From Verrucomicrobiaceae bacterium (GTDB taxonomy: Bacteria > Verrucomicrobiota > Verrucomicrobiia > Verrucomicrobiales > Akkermansiaceae): a stretch of 64,000 bases of DNA. Below are positions 9,620-19,310 of this stretch, piece by piece. Position 1 is the first letter of the stretch. The number at the start of each line of letters is the position of its first letter. Under the pieces are notes generated by a model. The model was not told the DNA's origin. It did not search any database and saw only the letters and a list, made by a program, of their open reading frames with translations. Where the stretch lies: contig JBPOGH010000010.1 of assembly GCA_051252135.1 (NCBI GenBank), positions 32,001 through 96,000 of the forward strand. The letters run 5' to 3'. Both the position numbers and the translations under genes were made by a program.

Positions 9620-10435
9620 ATGGAAATCTGGAAAGCGATTATCGTGGGGATTGTGCAAGGGCTTGCGGAGTTCCTGCCGATTTCTTCATCGGGGCACATT
9701 GTGCTGACGCAGTATCTTCTGGGGATTCGTGAAGTGGGCGGGGAGCATCAGCCGGACCTGGCCTTCGAGATTATTCTCCATGTGGGGACACTGGTGAGTG
9801 TGTTGATTTTCTTTTGGCCCAGTCTGTGGAGATTGGTGCAATCGCTCTACACCAAGGATATGGTGGAGGACCGCAAGATGATCATGTGGCTGGGGATTGC
9901 GACGGTGCCGGCGGTGATCGCGGCGTTGTTGTTTAAGGACTTCTTTGATTCGGTGCCGGGGAATCCTTTTATGGTGTCATCGTTTTTGATTCTTACGGGT
10001 TTGATTTTGTTTATTCCGCGGTTGGTGAAGGGGCGGGCGGAGAAGATCGGGCTGAAGAGTTCGGTGATTATGGGGATTGGGCAGGCGTTTGCGATTTTGC
10101 CGGGGGTTTCGCGATCGGGTTCGACTATTGCGGCGGGATTGGTGAGCGGGGTGAAGGCTGAGAGGGCGGCGGAGTTTTCCTTTCTGATGTCGATTCCGGC
10201 GATTGCGGGAGGGTTTGTGCTGACGATGAAGGACCGGATTGAGGAGACGGGATCGTTTGGGGAGGCGCTGAAGTCCTGCTTTAACGCGCCGTATGTGGCG
10301 GGTGCGATTGCGGCGGCAGTGGTGGGGGTGCTGGCGATCTATTTGGTGATGGGTGCGGTGAAGCGGGGGAAGCTGGAGTATTTTTCGTATTACTGTTTTG
10401 CGGCGGGGATTGCGGGGATGATTTACTTTTCCTGA
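9620..10435 (+). CDS. uppP: Undecaprenyl-diphosphate phosphatase
   Basis: GIVQGLAEFLPISSSGH and PGVSRSGSTI motifs; multi-pass membrane protein. Confidence 0.95.
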   Translation: MEIWKAIIVGIVQGLAEFLPISSSGHIVLTQYLLGIREVGGEHQPDLAFEIILHVGTLVSVLIFFWPSLWRLVQSLYTKDMVEDRKMIMWLGIATVPAVIAALLFKDFFDSVPGNPFMVSSFLILTGLILFIPRLVKGRAEKIGLKSSVIMGIGQAFAILPGVSRSGSTIAAGLVSGVKAERAAEFSFLMSIPAIAGGFVLTMKDRIEETGSFGEALKSCFNAPYVAGAIAAAVVGVLAIYLVMGAVKRGKLEYFSYYCFAAGIAGMIYFS

Positions 10436-10511
10436 TTAAGTGAATCGTTGATCCTATAACCGATGGATCAATATTTCTTGATGAGTGGGGTGTTTTGGTT
10501 AGAGGTAGGAT

Positions 10512-11411
10512 ATGATTTTATTTCGATATGTTATCGTATTTTTGTCGGCTATTTTTCTAGCGAGTTGTGCCTCATCCGGTTCGAATGCGCGGAAGCTTGA
10601 TGATGAGAAGTTTCAAGCGACATTGGTTCGAGCTCCTACTTCCGATAAGGCGAGTTTCCTGTCAGTGGAAAGAGTGCTCTACAAGATTGGCGATGCAGTC
10701 GTTAAGAAGGTGATCGACTACGCTGCCGAGCAATATACGCAAGATTCCAAGGTGGTGTTGGCGATCAATGAGGAGACGGCAATTAACGGCAATAGTCAGA
10801 CCGGTTATGTGGTGATCACCCGGACTTATCCCCTTGGGAGTCAAATGCCTAGTGTGGGAGATCTGAATACGAGAGGTGGGCTGGGTGAGATTTTTTTAAA
10901 GGCGGCGGAAGAGCAAGATATCACCAAGCGAAGCTTGAGTTTTGCGGCAATTTTAAAAATCGAAAGTCTTGGAAGTGCGTATTCGGTTAATTTGATTGCT
11001 TACAGCTATCCGTATTTGAAGGCGAAGAATTCTGCCATTCCAGTACCGTTTACTGATTTTGATGATACCAAGAGTGTTTTGCAGATTGGGGTGAAGGGTC
11101 CGCAGGGTTCGATCGGATATGATGGGGGTCAATATTCTGCGGAGGGGGCGACGAAGTTGGAGTGGAAGCGCGGTAGTCCGTCGATTGATTGGGTGCAGCC
11201 CAAAGGTGGATCATTTACGCTCTTCACGGGCAAGGTGACAAAGGATAAGCCGATTGAGTTTAGTGCCAAGCTCATCGAGAGCAGTGATATCACCAGCAAG
11301 CTCAAGGAGCTTAAAGAGGATGTGGATGTGAAATCCTGGGTAGGGGATGATGATGACGCGGCTGCGGCAACAGATGATGGAGCTGGCGCCGGAGAAGGGG
11401 ATGCGGGATAG
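10512..11411 (+). CDS. Hypothetical lipoprotein
   Basis: Signal peptide with lipobox LASC; acidic tail; visibly AT-richer than neighbours. Confidence 0.75.
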   Translation: MILFRYVIVFLSAIFLASCASSGSNARKLDDEKFQATLVRAPTSDKASFLSVERVLYKIGDAVVKKVIDYAAEQYTQDSKVVLAINEETAINGNSQTGYVVITRTYPLGSQMPSVGDLNTRGGLGEIFLKAAEEQDITKRSLSFAAILKIESLGSAYSVNLIAYSYPYLKAKNSAIPVPFTDFDDTKSVLQIGVKGPQGSIGYDGGQYSAEGATKLEWKRGSPSIDWVQPKGGSFTLFTGKVTKDKPIEFSAKLIESSDITSKLKELKEDVDVKSWVGDDDDAAAATDDGAGAGEGDAG

Positions 11412-11419
11412 GAGGGAAG

Positions 11420-11450
11420 AAAAAAGCGGGCGTCTTTCGACGACCGCTTT
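11420..11450. terminator. Probable bidirectional terminator between convergent genes
   Basis: AAAAAAGCGG..CGTC-TTTC-GACG-ACCGCTTT. Confidence 0.65.
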
Positions 11451-11472
11451 GGAGGGGGGAGATTTTCTAATT

Positions 11473-11718
11473 TCAGGATGTTTCGCTGGTATTCGAGTCC
11501 CGGGGGAGGAGGAGATAGATGACGCTTCCCAGATGGGCGAGAGAGACGATGAGGAAGATACCGATGATCTTCATGGTTGAATTGATCCGTTTATTGACGA
11601 GGCAATGGAAGAGTGACCAGAGCCAAAGGATGACGAGGCTGAGGGAGAGGATGAGGAGGAAGAGGGCGGTGACGTTATCGGCGCCACCGGTTGTGTTGAG
11701 TAGGACTGGATAATGCAT
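11473..11718 (-). CDS. Small two-TM protein, PLDc_N-like (phospholipase D nuclease N-terminal type)
   Basis: LWLWSLFHCL...KIIGIFLIV...LGSVIYLL pattern; start uncertain (ORF can extend to 11766). Confidence 0.65.
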   Translation of the reverse strand: MHYPVLLNTTGGADNVTALFLLILSLSLVILWLWSLFHCLVNKRINSTMKIIGIFLIVSLAHLGSVIYLLLPRDSNTSETS

Positions 11719-11784
11719 GTGTGTCTGAATGGGGGATTCGACGTGCATAGATGTAACACTATTCAAATTATTTTGCGAGGTACG

Positions 11785-11813
11785 AAAAAAGCCCGCCGGT
11801 GAGGGCGGGCTTT
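11785..11813 (-). terminator. Intrinsic terminator after argG
   Basis: AAAAAAGCCCGCC-GGTGAG-GGCGGGCTTT. Confidence 0.8.
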
Positions 11814-11831
11814 GGGATGGTTAGGTTCGTT

Positions 11832-13118
11832 CTACAGCTTGTTGACGCGGGCGAACTGCTTGAGGCGGAGTCCGTTGAGGGCGATGAAGCCGGTGGCGTC
11901 ATTCTGGTTGTAGGCCTCTTCCTGTCCGCCTTCCATGGTGGCGATGTGTTCATCGTAGAGGCTGTTCGGGGAACGGCGTCCGGCGTTGATGACGTTGCCT
12001 TTGTAGAGCTTGAGGCGGACTTCGCCGTTGACCGTTTTTTGGGTCTCGGTGACGAGGGCCTGGAGGGCATTGCGCTCGGGGGCGAACCAGAAGCCGTTGT
12101 AGACGAGCTTGGCGTAGGCGGGGATGAGGCCGTCGCGGAGGTGCTGGGCGTCGCGGTCGATGGTGAGGGTCTCGAGGTCCTGGTGGGCGGCGAGGAGGAT
12201 GGTGCCGCCGGGGGTCTCGTAGATGCCGCGTGATTTCATGCCGACGAAGCGATTTTCGACGATATCGACGCGGCCGATGCCGTGCTTGCCGCCAAGGTGG
12301 TTGAGGACGCGCATGACGCCGTAGGGGGTGAGGAGGGTGTAGCCGTCCTGCTCGCCTTTGACCTCGAAGTCGCCAAGCTCGCTGATGTAGGAGGCGAGGT
12401 TGTCATTTTTGAGGCCGATGATGTTTCCTTTTTCGAAGAGACACTGGACGTATTCCGACTGGTCGGGGGCGTCCTCGGGGGCGACGGAGAGGACATACAT
12501 GTCTTTGTCTGCGTCGGTGGAGCCGTCATACCAGGTGTCTTCGAGCGCGCCTGCTTCGAAGGAGATGTGAAGGAGGTTACGGTCCATGGAGTAGGGCTTC
12601 TTTTTGGAAGCAGTGACGTCGATGCCGTGCTTTTCGCAGTATTCGATCATTTCGTTCCGGCCGGGGAAGTCCTTGCGGAATTCGTCATCACGCCATGGGG
12701 CGATCATTTTGATTTCGGGTGCGAGGGCGTTGAGGGCGAGCTCGAAGCGGACCTGGTCGTTTCCTTTTCCGGTGGCACCGTGGGCGATGGCATCGGCGCC
12801 TTCAGCGATGGCGACGTCGAGCATGCCTTTGATGATGCAGGGGCGGGCGATGGAGGTTCCGAGGAGGTAGCGGCCTTCGTAGACGGCGTTGGCCTGGAAC
12901 ATGGGGAAGATGTAGTCGGCAGCGAATTCTTCCCTGAGGTCGCCGATGTAGCACTTGGAGGCGCCGGTTGCGAGGGCCTTGGCTTCGAGGCCATCGAGTT
13001 CCTCGCCTTGTCCGACGTCGGCACAGTAGGCGATGATTTCTGCGTTGTATTTCTCTTTGAGCCAGAGAAGGAGGACGGAGGTATCAAGTCCTCCGGAGTA
13101 GGCGACGACGATCTTCAT
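11832..13118 (-). CDS. argG: Argininosuccinate synthase
   Basis: [33 protein letters not shown]; start set at MKIVVAY. Confidence 0.98.
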   Translation of the reverse strand: MKIVVAYSGGLDTSVLLLWLKEKYNAEIIAYCADVGQGEELDGLEAKALATGASKCYIGDLREEFAADYIFPMFQANAVYEGRYLLGTSIARPCIIKGMLDVAIAEGADAIAHGATGKGNDQVRFELALNALAPEIKMIAPWRDDEFRKDFPGRNEMIEYCEKHGIDVTASKKKPYSMDRNLLHISFEAGALEDTWYDGSTDADKDMYVLSVAPEDAPDQSEYVQCLFEKGNIIGLKNDNLASYISELGDFEVKGEQDGYTLLTPYGVMRVLNHLGGKHGIGRVDIVENRFVGMKSRGIYETPGGTILLAAHQDLETLTIDRDAQHLRDGLIPAYAKLVYNGFWFAPERNALQALVTETQKTVNGEVRLKLYKGNVINAGRRSPNSLYDEHIATMEGGQEEAYNQNDATGFIALNGLRLKQFARVNKL

Positions 13119-13168
13119 AACGGAGCCGGAATAGGGAAGATCAGGGGATTTGGCAAGATTGACGCGCG

Positions 13169-13798
13169 TCAAAAAGGAATGTCGTCTTCTCCGGCCTTTT
13201 TGAGGAAGCGGATGATGAAGTCGAGGCGTTGGCGGACTTCGGGGGTGGCGAGGAGGCGTTGGCGGTCGTTGGGGTCGTGGATGAACTGCTGGGCGATGGC
13301 ATCGGCGCAGGTGGCGGCGTCTCCGGCGCGGTCGAGGACCTGGTTGATTTGTTCGTGGACGGGCTGGGGGAATTTGGAGAGGGCTCCGTTGACGGCGGCG
13401 CGGAGCCGGGCGAGGTAGGTTTTTTCCTCGGCGGCCTCGAGGGTGGTGTTGGGGACGGGGGAGATGTGGGCGTGCGGGTAGGGTTTATCGTCGAACCATT
13501 TTTCGAATTTTACGCGGAAGACGCCGTGGAGGATGAGGTTTGAGGTGCCATCCGGTGCTTCACGGGAGGAGCGGATGAGTCCGATGGTGCCGATTTGGGC
13601 GACGTGGTTTTCGGGGTCGTGGTCATCGGAGCCGATGAGGTTGCCGACGCAGAAGAGGCAGTCGCCCTCGAGGGCTTCTGCGATCATTTGTCGGTAGCGT
13701 GGCTCGAAGATGTGGAGGGGGATGGCCCCGTGGGGGAAGAGGACGGTGTCAGGGAGGAGGATGACACCGCATTTATCGGGGATGGTGAGGCCGGACAT
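13169..13798 (-). CDS. LON peptidase substrate-binding (N-terminal) domain protein
   Basis: [20 protein letters not shown] motif; no AAA or protease domain. Confidence 0.9.
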   Translation of the reverse strand: MSGLTIPDKCGVILLPDTVLFPHGAIPLHIFEPRYRQMIAEALEGDCLFCVGNLIGSDDHDPENHVAQIGTIGLIRSSREAPDGTSNLILHGVFRVKFEKWFDDKPYPHAHISPVPNTTLEAAEEKTYLARLRAAVNGALSKFPQPVHEQINQVLDRAGDAATCADAIAQQFIHDPNDRQRLLATPEVRQRLDFIIRFLKKAGEDDIPF

Positions 13799-13867
13799 GA
13801 AACGATAGTTGGGTTTGACCGCAGAAAGTGAAGGAAGCTGAGCTTGGCTGAAGGGAGAGGATTTTTT

Positions 13868-13894
13868 ACCACAGAATGAGCGGAAGGAGCAGAA
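13868..13894. repeat. Three degenerate tandem 9-mers downstream of the GxxExxY gene
   Basis: ACCACAGAA TGAGCGGAA GGAGCAGAA. Confidence 0.6.
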
Positions 13895-13912
13895 GCAGGT
13901 CGACCGCAGGGC

Positions 13913-14317
13913 TTAGGAGGGGCGATTTGGATTTAAGAGGCGACGGACTTCGAGAGGGAGGACATTAAAGTTTATCAGGAGGCCGAGGGGGAGTTGAGCG
14001 ATGGCGAGGTAGCCAAGGAGTTGGGCATCGTGGGCGCGGGTGAGGGACGCAGCAATTTTGGTTTCTACGATGATCGTTTTTTCAACGACGAGATCGGGAC
14101 GGAGTTTACCAATGAAGTGTTCTTTGTAGTGAGCCGGATATTCGGGCTGCTGTTCAAAGTGGAGACCTTGCCTTGCGAGTTCGATGCAGAGGGCGTTCTC
14201 GTAGAGCTTTTCATCGAGGCCGAGCTTCAGTTCCTTTTGAACTTCAATGGCAGCCCCGATGATTTTTTTTGAGAGCTCAGCGTGAGGATAGTCTTCTTTT
14301 CTATCTGGAAATCTCAT
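13913..14317 (-). CDS. GxxExxY family protein (PD-(D/E)XK nuclease-like)
   Basis: LGLDEKLYENAL, RPDLVV..IIVETK, AQLLGYL, GLLINF. Confidence 0.92.
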   Translation of the reverse strand: MRFPDRKEDYPHAELSKKIIGAAIEVQKELKLGLDEKLYENALCIELARQGLHFEQQPEYPAHYKEHFIGKLRPDLVVEKTIIVETKIAASLTRAHDAQLLGYLAIAQLPLGLLINFNVLPLEVRRLLNPNRPS

Positions 14318-14359
14318 CAACCAAGCTTCTGGTTTAACGCTCTTACTTAGGTTGGGCTC

Positions 14360-15643
14360 TTAGGCTTTGGCGAGGGCTTGGTCGAGGTCGGCGAGGATGT
14401 CGTCGATGTGCTCGATGCCGATGGAGAGGCGGACGAGCTCGGGGCGGATGCCTCCGGCGAGTTGTTGCTCGGGGGTGAGTTGTGAGTGGGTGGTGGTGGC
14501 GGGGTGGATGGCGAGGGATTTGGCGTCGCCGAGGTTGGCGACGTGGGAGAGGAGCTCGAGGGAGTTGATGAACCTGGATCCTGCTTCGGCTCCGCCCTTG
14601 ATGCCGAAGACGACGACGCTGCCGCCTTTTCCGCGGAGGTATTTTTGGTTTTTTTCGTACTCGGGGTCATCGGTGAGGCCGGGGAAGCGGACCCATTCGA
14701 CGGAGGGGTGGTTTTTGAGGTGGAGAGCGACGGCGAGTGAGTTTTCGCAATGGCGCTCCATGCGGAGGGGGAGGGTTTCGATGCCCTGGAGGAACTGCCA
14801 GGAGTTATCGGGGGAGATGCAGGCTCCGAGGTTCCGAAGGGGGACGGTGCGCATGCGGAGGATGTAGGCGAGGGGGGCGAGCATATCGGGGAGGTCGTGT
14901 CCCCAGCGGAGGCCGTGGTAGGAGCCATCGGGCTTGTCGAAGAGGGGGTGCTTGCCGCCGGCCCAGTTGAAGCGGCCGGAATCGATGACGATGCCGCCGA
15001 GGCCGGTGCCGTGGCCGCCGAGCCATTTGGTGAGGGAGTGGACGACGATATCGGCTCCGTGATTTAAGGGGTTGGTGAGGTAGGGGGTGGAGCAGGTGGC
15101 ATCGACGATGAGGGGGATGCCGTTTTCTTTGGCGATGGCTCCGACGGCGTCGAGGTCGGTGACTTCGAGGGCGGGGTTGGAGACGGTCTCGCAGAAGAGG
15201 GCGCGGGTTTTGTCGTCGATGGCGTTGGCGAATTGCTGTGGGTCCTGGGAGTCGACGAAGCGGACCTCGATGCCGAGGGCGGGGAGGAGGTCGTTGAACT
15301 GGGTGTAGGAGCCGCCGTAGAGGTTGCGGGCGGAGACGATGTTATCGCCTGCTTCGGCAAGGTTGATGATGGAGTTGAAGATGGCGGCGGTGCCGGAGGA
15401 GTGGGCGAGGCCGGCGAGCTCGTGCGCGCCTTCGAGGAGGGCGATGCGTTTTTCAAGAACGTCCGTAGTGGGGTTCATGAGGCGGGTGTAGATGTTCCCG
15501 AGTTCCTTGAGGGCGAAGAGATTGGCGGCGTGCTCGGTATCGTTGAAGGTGAACGCGGTGCTTTTGTAGAGCGGGACGGCGCGGGCGTGGGTATCGGAAT
15601 CAGGGGTGTGGCCGCCGTGGAGACAAAGAGTTTCGTGTTTCAT
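14360..15643 (-). CDS. metY: O-acetylhomoserine aminocarboxypropyltransferase (sulfhydrylase)
   Basis: GNIYTRLMNPT, PLP lysine HSLTKWLGGHG, HVANLGDAKSL. Confidence 0.93.
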   Translation of the reverse strand: MKHETLCLHGGHTPDSDTHARAVPLYKSTAFTFNDTEHAANLFALKELGNIYTRLMNPTTDVLEKRIALLEGAHELAGLAHSSGTAAIFNSIINLAEAGDNIVSARNLYGGSYTQFNDLLPALGIEVRFVDSQDPQQFANAIDDKTRALFCETVSNPALEVTDLDAVGAIAKENGIPLIVDATCSTPYLTNPLNHGADIVVHSLTKWLGGHGTGLGGIVIDSGRFNWAGGKHPLFDKPDGSYHGLRWGHDLPDMLAPLAYILRMRTVPLRNLGACISPDNSWQFLQGIETLPLRMERHCENSLAVALHLKNHPSVEWVRFPGLTDDPEYEKNQKYLRGKGGSVVVFGIKGGAEAGSRFINSLELLSHVANLGDAKSLAIHPATTTHSQLTPEQQLAGGIRPELVRLSIGIEHIDDILADLDQALAKA

Positions 15644-15686
15644 GAGGGACGACCTTTAGCAGCTATTTTGCGCGATGCAAAGAGGC

Positions 15687-16622
15687 TTAGGTGGCGGGGG
15701 CGATCCTTTGGAGGAGGAGGGCGAGGACGGCGAGTGCGGGGCAGATGATGATGAGGGGGCCGAATTCGTTTTTTCCGGAGGAGATGCCGATGATGGCGAT
15801 GGTGCCGACGGCGAGAAAGTCGACAAGGGGGATGGCGGCGAGGGTGCGGGAGACGAATTTTCCGATGTCCTTGGTGGAGCGGAGGCGGCGGACGGAGAAG
15901 ATCATGACGCCGAGGAAAAGGGCGAGGGGGAGGATGGCGGCCGCGGGGATGACGAGCATGAGGAGGCCGGAGACGAGGAAGGCGGGAGAAGTGAGGCACA
16001 TGAGCGGCAGAAACTGCTGCTGGATGGTGGGTGGGACTTTGGCGGATTCGCTTTTGGCCATGAGGGAGATGCCGAGGATGTAGCCGCCGAGGGAGAGGCT
16101 GAGGAGGAGGAGGCCGAGGATTTGGCGGGGGTCGAATTGGGTGAATTGTTCCCAGGAGAGGAAGCTGAAGAAGCAGGCGGGATAGATGAGGGCACGGGCA
16201 CCGGCCATGAAGAAGAAGCTCGAGGTGTGGATCTTATGCCACTTGGTGTAGGCAACGATGCAGAGGATGATGCCGAGGGCAAAGAGGGCGAAGGGGAGGC
16301 TGGTGAAGGCGGCGGCGATGAGGCCGGTGCCGAGAAGGAAGAAGGCGAGGTTTCCGATGGTGGAGCGTTTCCAGCGGCCGGAGGGGATGGCGCGCTCGGG
16401 GCGATTTTTTTCATCGAATTCAGCGTCGTGCCAGTCGTTAAGAAAGCAGCCGCCGAGGTAGAGGGCGGAGAGGGAAAGGACGATCAGGGCGAATGGTGGC
16501 GGAGACACTTCTTTGAGTGACATCCAGGCAACGAGGGTGCCGAGGAGGGCGTTGGACCAGACGGTGGGGAGGTTTGCGAACCTGCTCATGGCGAGCAGGT
16601 CGATGAGGCGTTCGCGGGTCAT
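15687..16622 (-). CDS. UbiA-family prenyltransferase (EboC-like)
   Basis: SRFANLPTVWSN, GGCFLNDWHDAEFD..NRPERAIPSG; start set at MTRERL. Confidence 0.85.
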   Translation of the reverse strand: MTRERLIDLLAMSRFANLPTVWSNALLGTLVAWMSLKEVSPPPFALIVLSLSALYLGGCFLNDWHDAEFDEKNRPERAIPSGRWKRSTIGNLAFFLLGTGLIAAAFTSLPFALFALGIILCIVAYTKWHKIHTSSFFFMAGARALIYPACFFSFLSWEQFTQFDPRQILGLLLLSLSLGGYILGISLMAKSESAKVPPTIQQQFLPLMCLTSPAFLVSGLLMLVIPAAAILPLALFLGVMIFSVRRLRSTKDIGKFVSRTLAAIPLVDFLAVGTIAIIGISSGKNEFGPLIIICPALAVLALLLQRIAPAT

Positions 16623-16633
16623 GGGAGATTCAG

Positions 16634-17035
16634 CTAGGCCGCGGAGGTTTCGCCTTTTGGAAGGAAAGGTTTGGTGAACTCGGTGCTGAACTCGTAGATG
16701 TTTGAGAAGTCGTCGATGGTGTCCGAGTCTTGCTTGCCGAAGACGCCGTGCTCGATGAAGAGGAAGACGATCTCGCCGACGTGGCGGCATTCCTTGAGGC
16801 CCCAGTCCTCGAGGAGGGTGGCGGCCATGGGGCCGTATTCCTTCAGGGCGTAGTCGCGAAATCCGATGAGGAGTTCGGGGCCGGTGACGTGGCGTTTTTC
16901 GCCGTCGTTTTCCTCGGCCATGCGGTCGACGGTGAAGTCGAGGGATTCGCGAACGAGGAAGTAGGCGCCGGGGGCGAAGCGCGGCTCTTCCTGAATGATA
17001 GCGGCGATGGCATTTTCAAGTTGGATCGGCTGCAT
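16634..17035 (-). CDS. Minf_1886-family conserved protein (PVC group)
   Basis: AYFLVRESLDFT, RHVTGPELL.GFRDYALKEYGPMA..LL..WG. Confidence 0.85.
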   Translation of the reverse strand: MQPIQLENAIAAIIQEEPRFAPGAYFLVRESLDFTVDRMAEENDGEKRHVTGPELLIGFRDYALKEYGPMAATLLEDWGLKECRHVGEIVFLFIEHGVFGKQDSDTIDDFSNIYEFSTEFTKPFLPKGETSAA

Positions 17036-17111
17036 GGGGAAATAGTGGCGAGGGAATGGTGAGTTGTGAAGGGGGAATCTTGGGAAGAGGGGGATAAAAA
17101 AGGCTACGGAG

Positions 17112-17399
17112 ATGGAAGGGCAGCTGGAAGATAGCGCAAAGGAGCGCCGGAACCAGGAGTTGCTTGCGGTGCAGGATGCGCTGACGAAGGAGAAGTGCGT
17201 GAAGTGGGTCGGGACGCGTCAGACGATTCTATGCGAGGGGCTTAGTAAGACGAATAATGCGCACTTGAGTGGGCGGACAAGCCATAACAAGATCGTGATT
17301 TTCGATGGCGATGCGGAGCGGATGACGGGTGAGATTTTCGACGTGATGATCGAGGACTCGACGGGGTTCATGCATTATGGGACTCCGGTTTTGGATTGA
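17112..17399 (+). pseudogene. Orphan C-terminal (TRAM-containing) fragment of MiaB tRNA methylthiotransferase
   Basis: KERRNQELLAVQ...VG....ILCEG.SK.N...LSGRTSHNKIVIFDG resembles the MiaB C-terminus; no radical-SAM domain upstream (in-frame TGA at 17067). Confidence 0.75.
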
Positions 17400-17463
17400 G
17401 TGTTGCTCAAAGGAAGTCTCCAAATAATAGAACATTTTGTGTTTTGGAGGCGTTTTATGATTA

Positions 17464-18357
17464 ATGAGGACGATTTTTTGCGGTTGGGCAGTGAGTGTCT
17501 GCGTTGCTGCGGCGACACCGAGTGGGTTCGCAAAATGTGATTTGCAAATTGTGGGGGAGGGGGAAAGCGGGGTGGCGTTTCTCCGAACAGTTACCACCAA
17601 TCCCGGGAGTTATTTTATTCACGAGGTCTTAAAAACCTTTGTGGAGTATGAAGGTGAACAGCAAAATGGAATTTGCATACCTCACTCCAAACTTGAGTTG
17701 CTTCATCAAAAGATCGTTGATGATGCCGGTTCAGGGCTGAGGTCGGTTACCGAGATCGCAAAGAATTCGGATTTGAGCTTTGCTGATGTCTTGCAGAAGT
17801 ACCCTGACCGTCTTCGTAAGTGGTCGAAAGAAGAGATGGCGGAGCTTCGTGTTCATGAAGCCTCTGGGGTTTCTTATGGGCGTTGCGATTTGGTGTGGGG
17901 TGGCACGATCAAGAAGGAGCTTGGTTTTCCCAAGAATGGGAAGATCAAGTGGAACTTGCGAGATGTCTACGAAGGCGGAAAGCATCTCGTGTTGATTGCG
18001 GAAACGCCCAAGACTGATGAGAGTGACGATGAGGAAGCGGCGATCGTGTTAAATGGTGATGTTTTGACCCAGGTCAAGGCGCATCGAGCGAAAGCGGACT
18101 ACTATCTGGTGTATGCCGAAGGGAGGAGCCTCGAGGAGGTTCAAGAGAGCGTGGAAAAGAAGGGGGTGGAGCGTCGAGGACTTGAAATATGGAATGTCTA
18201 TGACGGCACCAATAAGGGGCTATGGATTGCGGGGAAGCCGGTCCAAGGGAAAAATCTGACAAGAGTATCGACCTTGCGAGTGAGTGAGAAGGCAGGGTTC
18301 GAAGTCGGGGTGATCAGCTCAGACAACTTCACCACCTTTGTTGAGGTGTCGGAATGA
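17464..18357 (+). CDS. Hypothetical exported protein
   Basis: 297-aa ORF with signal-like N-terminus; AT-richer composition; no family recognised. Confidence 0.7.
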   Translation: MRTIFCGWAVSVCVAAATPSGFAKCDLQIVGEGESGVAFLRTVTTNPGSYFIHEVLKTFVEYEGEQQNGICIPHSKLELLHQKIVDDAGSGLRSVTEIAKNSDLSFADVLQKYPDRLRKWSKEEMAELRVHEASGVSYGRCDLVWGGTIKKELGFPKNGKIKWNLRDVYEGGKHLVLIAETPKTDESDDEEAAIVLNGDVLTQVKAHRAKADYYLVYAEGRSLEEVQESVEKKGVERRGLEIWNVYDGTNKGLWIAGKPVQGKNLTRVSTLRVSEKAGFEVGVISSDNFTTFVEVSE

Positions 18358-18387
18358 AGGGCCGATCATCCGTTTCGACGGGTTGGT

Positions 18388-19044
18388 TTACTTCAGCTCC
18401 TTAATTTTGATGTTCTTCCAGGCGGCGGTAAAGGGGCCTTTTTTACCGACGCCGTGGACCTGGAGGCCGATGTGGCCTTTGGCGTGGTCTTTGTAGATTT
18501 CGAGGTCGGAGAGATCGGAGATCAGGGTGCCGTTGATCCATGTTTTGATATTGGGGCCCTTGGCGACGATGCGGAAGTGGTTCCATTCGCCGTCTTTGAA
18601 GTGCTTGTGGGGGATGAGCTTTTCCTTGGGGGTGAGCCAGCCGCGGCCGGTGGCCTCGCCGTAGATGTATCCGGCTTCGGCTCCGTTCTTTCCGCTGGCT
18701 TCGGACTCGACCTGGGGTCCGTAGAGGCGTCCGCCGAAGGGGCCTTTTTCGGGATCGCGGAGGAGGGAGCGGATTTGGCAACCGGAGTTGAGGCTGTTGT
18801 GGACCTTGGTTTCGAATTGGAGTTCGAAGTCGCCGTATTGTTTGTCGGTGACGAGGAAGGTGTTGGGGCTGCCGGGGTTGGTGGTGCCGATGATGGTGCC
18901 GTCCTTGATCTCGTAGGTGGCGTTTCCGCTTTTGATGGACCAGCCGGTGAAGTCTTTTCCATTGAAGGGTTGGGTCCACTCGTCGGCGGAAGCGTTGAGA
19001 GTGAAGGCAGCAAGGAGGGCGGCGAGGGGAAATTTGATTCTCAT
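18388..19044 (-). CDS. DUF1080 (3-keto-disaccharide hydrolase-like) exported protein
   Basis: FNGKDFTGW, YGDFELQFE, NSGCQIRS, EWNHFRI, GHIGLQVHG; start set at MRIKFP. Confidence 0.92.
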   Translation of the reverse strand: MRIKFPLAALLAAFTLNASADEWTQPFNGKDFTGWSIKSGNATYEIKDGTIIGTTNPGSPNTFLVTDKQYGDFELQFETKVHNSLNSGCQIRSLLRDPEKGPFGGRLYGPQVESEASGKNGAEAGYIYGEATGRGWLTPKEKLIPHKHFKDGEWNHFRIVAKGPNIKTWINGTLISDLSDLEIYKDHAKGHIGLQVHGVGKKGPFTAAWKNIKIKELK

Positions 19045-19310
19045 ATTCGGTGGGGACGTTACGGCGATTGGCGTGGTGGTTCTTACAGGGGGTGATGGGG
19101 GAATGTCGGGAGGGAGGTGATTTGGCAGAGATATTTGGCGATCGGGACGAGGCGAGGCCTGTGAGGGGCTTGATGGGGAGGGCGGATGGTTTTGGATTCG
19201 GAGATGAGTGACGGGGAGGATCGATTGAGGCGGGAGTTGTGGTTTTGAAGGTGGTTCTTGCCGAGATTTAGGCTTTACCAAGAGGAAAGGGGGCCTAGCG
19301 TTGGCCGCGA

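Noticed and set aside
14318..14329. 12-nt CAACCAAGCTTC matching the reverse complement of 56651-56662
   Set aside because: A single 12-mer match is expected by chance in 64 kb and does not extend
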